From positions 16,740,001-16,804,000 of the forward strand of contig CM022674.1 of NCBI GenBank assembly GCA_012295275.1: DNA of 64,000 nucleotides. The letters run 5' to 3'. Below the pieces are notes generated by a model. It saw only the letters and a program-made list of their open reading frames with translations, was not told the origin of the DNA and made no database searches. Shown here in pieces: positions 49,401 to 64,000 of this stretch. This DNA is from Chrysomallon squamiferum (Eukaryota > Animalia > Mollusca). The stretch's first letter is position 1. Each line of letters starts with the position of its first letter. The position numbers and the translations under genes are program-made.

Positions 49401-52400
49401 ATCTGCTGGTGGAAAGTGTTGGAAGCATCTGCTGTAGAAGAACTGTGAAAAAGTGGTAAAAGTGTTGGAAGCATCTGCTGTAGAAAGAACTGTGAAATCT
49501 GCTGTTGGAAGCAGAACTGTGAAAGAACTGTGAAAAGAGTGGTAAAGTGTTGGAAGCATCTGCTGTAGAAGTAGAACTGTGAAAGAATGGTAAAGTGTTG
49601 GAAGCATCTGCTGTAGAAGCAGAACTGTGAAAGAGTGGTAAAGTGTTGGAAGCATCTGCTGTAGAAGTAGAACTGTGAAAGAGTGGTAAAGTGTTGGAAG
49701 CATCTGCTGTAGAAGTAGAACTGTGAAAGAGTGGTAAAAGTGTTGGAAATCTGCTGTAGAAGTAGAACTTGGAAATGTGGTAAAGTGTTGGAAGAAACAG
49801 AACTGTGAAAGATTGGTAAAGTGTTGGAAGCATCTGCTGTAGAAGTAGAACTGTGAAAGAAGTAGAACTGTGAAATCTGCTGTGGAAGTGTTGGAAAGCA
49901 TTGGCTGGTGTAGGAAGCATCTGCTGTGGAAAACTGTGAAAAAAGAATGTTGGAAGCATCTGCTGTAGAAGTCAGAACTGTGAAAAGCAGAAAGTGTTGG
50001 AAATCTGCTGTAGAAGTAGAACTGTGAAAAATTGGTAAAATGTTGGAAGCATCTGCTGTAGAAGTAGAACTGTGAAAGAGTGGTAAAGTGTTGGAAGCAT
50101 CTGCTGTAGAAGTAGAACTGTGAAAGAGTGGTAAAGTGTTGGAAGCATCTGCTGTAGAAGTAGAACTGTGAAAGAGTGGTAAAGTGTTGGAAGCATTTGC
50201 TGTAGAAAGAACTGTGTTGGAATGTTGGAAGCATCTGCTGTAGAAGTAGAACTGTGAAAGAGTGGTAAAGTGTTGGAAGCATCTGCTGAACAGAACTGTG
50301 AAAGAGTGGTAAAGTGTTGGAAGCATCTGCTGTAGAAGTAGAACTGTGAAAGAGTGGTAAAGTGTTGGAAGCATCTGCTGTAGAAGCAGAACTGTGAAAG
50401 AGTGGTAAAGTGTTGGAAGCATCTGCTGTAGAAGTAGAACTGTGAAAGAGTGGTAAAGTGTTGGAAGCATCTGCTGTAGAAGTAGAACTGTGAAAGAGTG
50501 GTAAAGTGTTGGAAGCATCTGCTGTAGAAGTAGAACTGTGAAAGAGTGGTAAAGTGTTGGAAGTGTTGGAAGTAGATCTGCTGAAAGAATGCAGAACTGT
50601 TGAAAGATCTGGTAGAACTGTGTTGGGAAATGTTGGAAGCATCTGCTAGAAGCAGAACTGTGAAAAAAGAGTGGTAAAGTGTTGGAAGCATCTGCTGTAG
50701 AAGCAGAACTGTGAAAAGTGGAAAAATGTTAAAGTGTTGGAAGAATCTGCTGTAGAAGTTGGAAGAACTAGAAGTGAAAAGAAAAATGGTAAAAGTGTTG
50801 GAAGCATCTGCTGTAGAAGTAGAACTGTGAAAAAGAGTGGTAAAAGTGTTGGAAGCATCTGCTGTAGAAGCAGAACTGTGAAAAAAGAGTGGTAAAGTGT
50901 TGGAAGCATCTGCTGTAGAAGTAGAACTGTGAAAGAGTGGTAAAGTGTTGGAAGCATCTGTGTGGAAGCATCTGCTGTTGGAAGCAAGTAGAACTGTGAA
51001 AGAGTGGTAAAAGTGTTGGAAGCATCTGCTGTAGAAGTAGAACTGTGAAAGAGTGGTAAAGTGTTGGAAGCATCTGCTGGAAATCTGCTGTAAAGTGTGT
51101 TGAAGAATCTGCTGTGAAGAGAAAGAACTGTGAAATGTGTAAAAGTGTTGGAAGAAGCATCTGCTGTAGAAGCAGAACTGTGAAAGTGGTAAAGTGTTAA
51201 AGTGTTGGAGCAGAACATCTGCTGTGGAATGTTGGAGAACTGTGAGAAAAGAAGTGGTAAAGTGTTGGAAGCATCTGCTGTAGAAGTAGAACTGTGAAAG
51301 AATGGTAAAGTGTTGGAAGCATCTGCTGTAGAAGTAGAACTGTGAAAGAGTGGTAAAGTGTTGGAAGCATCTGCTGTAGAAGTAGAACTGTGAAAAAGTG
51401 GTGGTAAAGTGTTGGAAGCATCTGCTGTAGAAGTAGAACTGTGAAAAGTGGTAAAGTGTTGGAAGCATCTGCTGTAGAAGTAGAACTGTGAAAATTGGTG
51501 GTAAAAGTGTGGAAGCATCTGCTGTAGAAGTAGAACTGTGAAAAGTGGTAAAGTGTTGGAAGCATCTGCTGTAGAAGCAGAACAGAAAAGAGTGGTTGTT
51601 GGAATGTTGGCATCTGCTGTAGAAGCAGAACTGTGAAAAGAAGTGGTAAAAGTGTTTGGAAGCATCTGCTGTAGAAGTTAGAACTGTGAAAAGAACTGTG
51701 AAAGTAAAAGTGTTGGAAGCATCTGCTGTAGAAGTAGAACTGTGAAAGAGTGGTAAAGTGTTGGAAGCATCTGCTGTAGAAGTAGAACTGTGAAAGAGTG
51801 GTAAAGTGTTGGAAGCATCTGCTGTAGAAGCAGAACTGTGAAAGAGTGGTAAAGTGTTGGAAGCATCTGCTGTAGAAGTAGAACTGTGAAAGAGTGGTAA
51901 AAAGTGTTGGAAGCATCTGCTGTAGAGAAGTAGAACTGTGAAAAAGAGTGTAAAAGTGTTGGAAGCATCTGCTGTAGAAGCAGAACTGTGAAAGATGGTA
52001 AAGTGTGTAAAAGTGTTGGAAGCATCTGCTGTAGAAAAAGAACTGTGAAAAGAACTGTGAAAAAAAAGTGGTGGTTGGAAGCATCTGCTGTAGAAGTAGA
52101 ACTGAAAGTGGTAAAGTGTTTGGCATCTGCTGTAGAAGCAGAACTGTGAAAAAATGTGGTAAAAGTGTTGGAAGCATCTGCTGTAGAAGTAGAACTGTGA
52201 AAGAATGGTAAAGTGTTGGAAGCATCTGCTGTAGAAGTAGAACTGTGAAAGAGTGGTAAAGTGTTGAAAAGCATCTGTTGGAAGCAGATCTGCTGTGTTG
52301 GGAAGAATCTGCTGTAGAAGCAGAACTGTGAAAAGAGTGGTAAAAGTGTTGGAAGCATCTGCTGTAGAAGTAGAACTGTGAAAAGTGGTAAAGTGGTAAA

Positions 52401-53730
52401 AGCATCTGTTGGAAGCAGAACTGTGAAATCTGTTGGAAGCATCTGCTGTAGAAGCAGAACTGTGAAAGAGTGGTAAAAGTGTTGGAAGCATCTGCTGTAG
52501 AAGCAGAACTGTGAAAGAATGGTGGTAAAAGTGTTGGAAGCATCTGCTGTAGAAGCAGAACTGTGAAAAAGAGTGGTAAAGTGTTAAAAGAAGCAGAACT
52601 GGAAGCATCTGGTGTGTGTTGGAAGCATCTGCTGCAGAACTGTGAAAAAGAGTGGTAAAAAGTGTTGGAAGCATCTGCTGTAGAAGTAGAACTGTGAAAA
52701 TGTGGTAAAAGTGTTGGAAGCATCTGCTGAAGAAGCTGTAGAAGAACTGTGAAAGAGTGGTAAAGTGTTGGAAGCATCTGCTGTAGAAGTAGAACTGTGA
52801 AAGAGTGGTAAAGTGTTGGAAGCATCTGCTGTAGAAGTAGAACTGTGAAAGAGTGGTAAAGTGTTGGAAGCATCTGCTGTAGAAGCAGAACTGTGAAAGA
52901 GTGGTAAAGTGTTGGAAGCATCTGCTGTGAAGAAGAACTGTGAAAAGTAGAATCTGCTGTAGAAGTAGAACTGTGAAAGAGTGGTAAAGTGTTGGAAGCA
53001 TCTGCTGTAGAAGCAGAACTGTGAAAAGAAGTGGTAAAAGTGTTGGAAGCATCTGCTGTAGAAGCAGAACTGTGAAAGAGTGGTAAAGTGTTGGAAGCAT
53101 CTGCTGTAGAAGTAGAACTGTGAAAGAGTGGTAAAGTGTTGGAAGCATCTGCTGTAGAAGCAGAACTGTGAAAGAGTGGTAAAGTGTTGGAAGCATCTGC
53201 TGTAGAAGCAGAACTGTGAAAAAGAGTGGTAAAGTGTTGGAAGCATCTGCTGAAGCAGAACTGTGAAGAAGTGGTAAAGTGTTAAAGCATCTGCTGTAGA
53301 AGTAGAAGAAAAATCTGTTGAAGCATCTGCTGTAGAAGCAGAACTGTGAAAGAGTGGTAAAGTGTTGGAAGCATCTGCTGTAGAAGTAGAACTGTGAAAG
53401 AGTGGTAAAGTGTTGGAAGCATCTGCTGTAGAAGCAGAACTGTGAAAGAGTGGTAAAGTGTTGGAAGCATCTGCTGTAGAAGCAGAACTGTGAAAAAAGT
53501 GTTAGAAGCATCTGCTGTAGAAGTAGAACTGTGAAAGAGTGGTAAAGTGTTGGAAGCATCTGCTGTAGAAGTAGAACTGTGAAAGAGTGGTAAAGTGTTG
53601 GAAGCATCTGCTGTAGAAGTAGAACTGTGAAAGGGTGGTAAAGTGTTAGAAACATCTGTTGTAGAAGTAGAACTGTGAAAGGTGGTAAAGTGTTTGAAAC
53701 ATCTGCTGTAGAAGAGAACTGTGAAAGAAT
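46424..53730 (-). repeat. 48-bp minisatellite array (>150 units, truncated by the gap) of the inverted copy
   Basis: Reverse complement of tttcacagttctacttctacagcagatgcttccaacactttaccactc. Confidence 0.95.
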
Positions 53731-53774
53731 GGTGGAGGGAACGGTGGATGCAGAAATGGAGGGAGGAATTGATT

Positions 53775-59711
<5,937 letters not shown>

Positions 59712-61051
59712 CTGAAAATAAAATTAACAATATAAAATAGACAAGCGATGATTAAAAATAATAAGTATAAAATAGACTTCCATCGTGTTTAAATAAAAAA
59801 TAAAAATAAAAATAAAAATAATAATGATAATAATTAAACAAATAAACAAACAAGCACGAAAGAAAGAAAGAGACAAATAAATAAATAATTAAACAAAGAA
59901 ATAAAGAAACAAACTAACAATCTAAAAACAAATAAATAAATAAATATTAACCAATGAAAGCTAAGTTACATAATTTATGTAAGCTTGCAATTTCGATCAT
60001 GGCCTTATCAGAGGACATTTTACTAAATATTTAAATATTTTTTTGCGATTTATTCTTATGCTACTAGTTGTGTTTGTAAGGAGAGAGAACAACTAACATA
60101 GTTTAACAATTAAATAAGGAAGTACATACCAGTTACTCCAGGCATAGAATATCAGCCTTAGTTATTAGAGTTTGCACAATACTAAAAGTGTAACGTTCTT
60201 ATTGTTTATCTTTAATGGACTTCAGTCCTGTACGCCCAGTTCAACATAACACGATAGTAATCGGGTCTCCTATAGTGTGTCGATACTGATCGCGACAGGT
60301 TGTCTGTCGTTGTTTTAGTTCTTTTTCTTTACCATTTCTTTCTTTGTTTTCTTTTTTTAAGATCAGAAACATATACACAGACACACACGCACACACAGAC
60401 AAACAAGCGGAGGAAAAACAAAACATACACATATAAACTTGTTATAATCATTATAAATAGTGTCTACTTTGATATAAATATAGAGCGGTTTCGTCCACGC
60501 AGAAACTGATTATACTGCGATCTCGCCCATCCTGAATTCAACATTGGGCCAGTTTGACATCCTTCATGTAAATGGGCCTAAATTAATAATAAAACAAATA
60601 ATAAATAAAACAAAATAAAATTAATAATAATAATAATATGTATATGTATACATGCAAGAGTTCAGATTGTTATTACCTGGTTTTATCTTCTGATAAAGAC
60701 ATATGAACGACCTGAATTACTTGTGTGATGAAAATATCAGGTCACCTGATCTGTCGGACGTTTCTACTTTCGTTTCTTGTTCACACTGATTATCTGATAT
60801 TGCTGCGCATTCTTGCGTAGACTGTTCGTTAAGTTCCATATCATGGCAAACGGGTTTCAATTTCCAGCCATGGCATATGCGCTGACAACCGAACCTGCAA
60901 TAGTTGTATATGATTCGTTAGATTTGTTTATTTGATTGTTTGTTTGGTTTGGTTTGTTTGTTTGTTTCTTCGTTTGGTCTGTTTGTTAATTTAGAGGTGA
61001 TAATGTATAGTGTACAGTGGCTCAGCATTTGCTCCAAAAATTAAATAACTA

Positions 61052-61345
61052 AAACTACACATGACACCAACGTTAATCAACGAACAGTTCGTTATTCGGT
61101 TCGCCATTTGCGCTGAAAGAGCCTGCGACCAAGACATCACCTATGCTTGGGACGTCATAGTGGAGATGACGTCAGAGCTATTGTTACACGGATGCAGCAG
61201 CAACCGACAAGCTGAGAAGGAAGTTCTTGAAGAGAGTTTGAGTGATTCTGAAGACGAGGTTTTCCCCGAGTTCGATAATGAGATGATATTCGACAATCAG
61301 AGATGCAATCTACAAAGAGCACGGCTGCCAGGGATTCCTTTGTAG
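61052..61345 (+). pseudogene. Inverted copy of the TDC/AADC-like fragment
   Basis: Same peptide as 27953-28246 apart from CDKD changed to CDQD. Confidence 0.75.
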
Positions 61346-62586
61346 TAATGGCTGCTGTTCGGTAAGCGTAGAATTTATTTACTATAAGTATTGAAACTAA
61401 AGAAGGAAAATATAGATTTCAGATGGAAACTTATTTTATTTCTTAATCTGTACGCTTTCATTTTCAGTTATTTTATTTTGTTGTATTTACTTGCTGTAAT
61501 TTTTATCATTATAAACAAGGAACTGTTTAATGTCTCGCTCAGAAAAACAACAACATTTTAATCCCTAAGTATTAACTGAGTTTTAATATAATCTTAAAGT
61601 TTTATGTGCATCTTTCCATATACAGAAAAGCACAAACCACAACCTTTTATAAACACACTGATTAGTATTAATGCAGTCATCCAGCGAAACAGAACTGAAA
61701 CCTACCTCACGTTTTTGGTTCATTTATTAAAATATTATTTTCTACAACTAATTGTTTGAACATAGTTAATTAATAATTATATATTCTGTTATAAGTGACA
61801 TTTGCCAATTTTTTGTTTGTTTTTGTTTTAAAGCAAACCCTGGGATTCACTGATAGTATGAAAATAAGGTCAGGAGGGTTGAATGTCCCAGTGTTAATAA
61901 TAATAATAAAAGATTATTATAAAAGTAAATACTGGGGTGATAGTAGAATCTAATGCTTAGATGTTTCAGGGTCTCTGTTGTGGTGTTTAGACGTGAAACA
62001 GCCATGGATCACATTTAAACAATAAACTGTAGACAGTTTCAAACATTATTATTTTGCTTTTCGAAAACAACTAAACTAAAGGTATCAAATGTGTGTGTTT
62101 TATTTTTGTTTTGTTTCTCTCTGAAAATCACTTTATGTACCTTGATTGAATTCAGTCAGTACACTTTTCCAGTTACAGCATTTTGTTGTTAATGCTAATT
62201 TTAAAGAAATGAATTGGTTAAATGAAAAAAAAAAAAAAGATACAAGGACAAAAAAGTCTTTAGTAATTATTTTTTGCATAATCTATCTAGAATGGGAAAA
62301 AAGCATTTTCTAGTTAACGTTTTATATATTTTCCAATTAGTATTTGTTGGGTATAGAAATGTACACAACCTTTTAATGTTAACTTCAGAAAATAGTTAAA
62401 TTGTGGTATAATAAGAAATTGTTTTAAAACAGAAAACAATTCGCTAAATATTATTTATTGTTGATTAATAATCAAGAATCTACATTATGTTAATATAAAT
62501 GCATATAAGAAATTATTTCATTTATTTATTTAAAATTATTGATTGGCTTTAATAATAATAATAATAATAAATGCATTACTCTTGTG

Positions 62587-62623
<37 letters not shown>

Positions 62624-63670
62624 TGTGTATATATATATATATGAATAATGTGACCAATACACTTTGACCAAACCATCTCTGTAAATTATGACACATTTCT
62701 TTAATATATTTTACCTGACTTTTACATTGTAATATAATTATTTGAGCATTATGTTAAGATGTAATCCTTTGTGAATCCTAGTGACTCATTCACCCCATAA
62801 TGTAGTCCTTTGTGTATCCTACTGACCCATACACCATTTCAATTTAGTTCTTACCATATCCTAGAGGCCTACTATACCTCTGTAATTTACCCTCTACAAC
62901 CTTGTAATATAAACCTCAGTCTACAGTAAAGTCAAGGCTTAACTCATCTACTTGTGAGTATAAATTGAAACGCCCATATGAAATATGAAATAAAAAAGGA
63001 AATCTGTTTTTATTGTATTTTTCGTTGCACCAGACCAAACACATCCTTCCGCACCAGAAAGAAAATAAACAAAAAATATCTTAACTGCAGATTACAGCCC
63101 TGCAGGTAAAACAGTTCACTGACGCCATACCTACTCTTGTTATCATAAACAAATAATATTATTCATTATCTTTAGTAAAACATATATTAAATATGCATTT
63201 TTATGACAAATACTGAGAGTATAGAATAGTATAGTATAGTATACGATAGTATAGTATAGTACAGTATAGTATAATACTGTATAGTATTGTATATCATAGT
63301 ATTTATCTATTAACAATAAGTCTCAACATAAAGGGTCCTCCTATGCTATAGTGAACCCTGGGCAAGTTTCCAGTATTCCTGTGTGTTAAGATGTCCCTAG
63401 TCTAAACAAAAAAAGTTCAAAAAAGAAATACTAAAAAGAAAATAAATGTCAAACAGCGTTTTTAAAAAAAAAAAAAAATAGAAATACTCCGAGAATCACA
63501 AATCGCTTTCTTTTGTTAGCAGTATCTGTTGAAGATGAATTTCAAGAAGCTGAACTTGATGGTGTGTTGGAAATGAAACTGTGAAATGAAGGTTTCCTGT
63601 TCGGAGTACTTGCTGTAGAAGCAGATCTGTAAAATGTTGGTGTTGTGCTGAAAGTTTTTGCTGTAGAAGC

Positions 63671-64000
63671 TTAACTCTGAAATACTGGTGAAGTCTTGGA
63701 AGTGTTTGCTGTAGAAGTAGATCTACGAAATCTTAGTGTTGTGTTGAGAGTGTTTGCTGTAGAAGCTGAAAACCGAAATACTGGTGAAGTGTTGGAAGTG
63801 TTTCCTATAGAAGCTGAACTCTGAAATACTGGTGAAGTGTTGGAAGTGTTTACTGAAGAAGCAGAACTGTGTAATCTTAGTGTTGTGTTGGGAGTGTTTG
63901 CTGAAGAAGCTGAACTCTGAAATACTGGTGAAGTGTTGGAAGTGTTTACTGAAGAAGCAGAACTGTGAAATCTTAGTGTTGTGTTGGAAGTGTTTGCTGT
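63671..64000 (-). CDS. 3' end (Ser/Thr repeat tail and stop) of an inverted copy of PARP gene A, continuing beyond the window
   Basis: Reverse complement matches ~25300-25640, including ...TSKTSPVFQS*. Confidence 0.75.
   Translation of the reverse strand, partial: TANTSNTTLRFHSSASSVNTSNTSPVFQSSASSANTPNTTLRLHSSASSVNTSNTSPVFQSSASIGNTSNTSPVFRFSASTANTLNTTLRFRRSTSTANTSKTSPVFQS

Overview
AT-rich, microsatellite-laden animal DNA with spliceosomal GT-AG introns. It is probably an invertebrate such as a mollusc (inference only). The window holds an innate-immunity-type gene neighbourhood. (1) An intact 5-exon minus-strand gene (4491-7688, 326 aa) encodes a signal peptide, a PAN/apple domain and a fibrinogen C-terminal domain; the first exon of a tandem paralogue is at 1-225 and a decayed LINE lies between them. 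(2) A plus-strand ZAP/PARP12-type gene (copy A, ~18.5-25.6 kb) has 4 CCCH-type fingers, tandem WWE, an H-Y-I mono-ADP-ribosyltransferase domain and a long 16-aa Ser/Thr repeat tail. Its tandem paralogue (copy B, ~29.6-39.4 kb) is disabled: it lost the catalytic H and Y and carries internal stops. (3) Orphan last-exon fragments of a tyrosine/aromatic amino acid decarboxylase sit divergently upstream of each PARP copy. (4) A 5.6-kb array of a 53-bp satellite built from TTAGGG-like hexamers runs into a 200-N gap. Everything after the gap (46.4-64 kb) is a near-identical inverted copy of ~25.3-39.3 kb, either a mis-scaffolded haplotype or a real palindrome. Most long ORFs in the supplied track are repeat artefacts. 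All family assignments come from motif recognition by eye; no searches were run.
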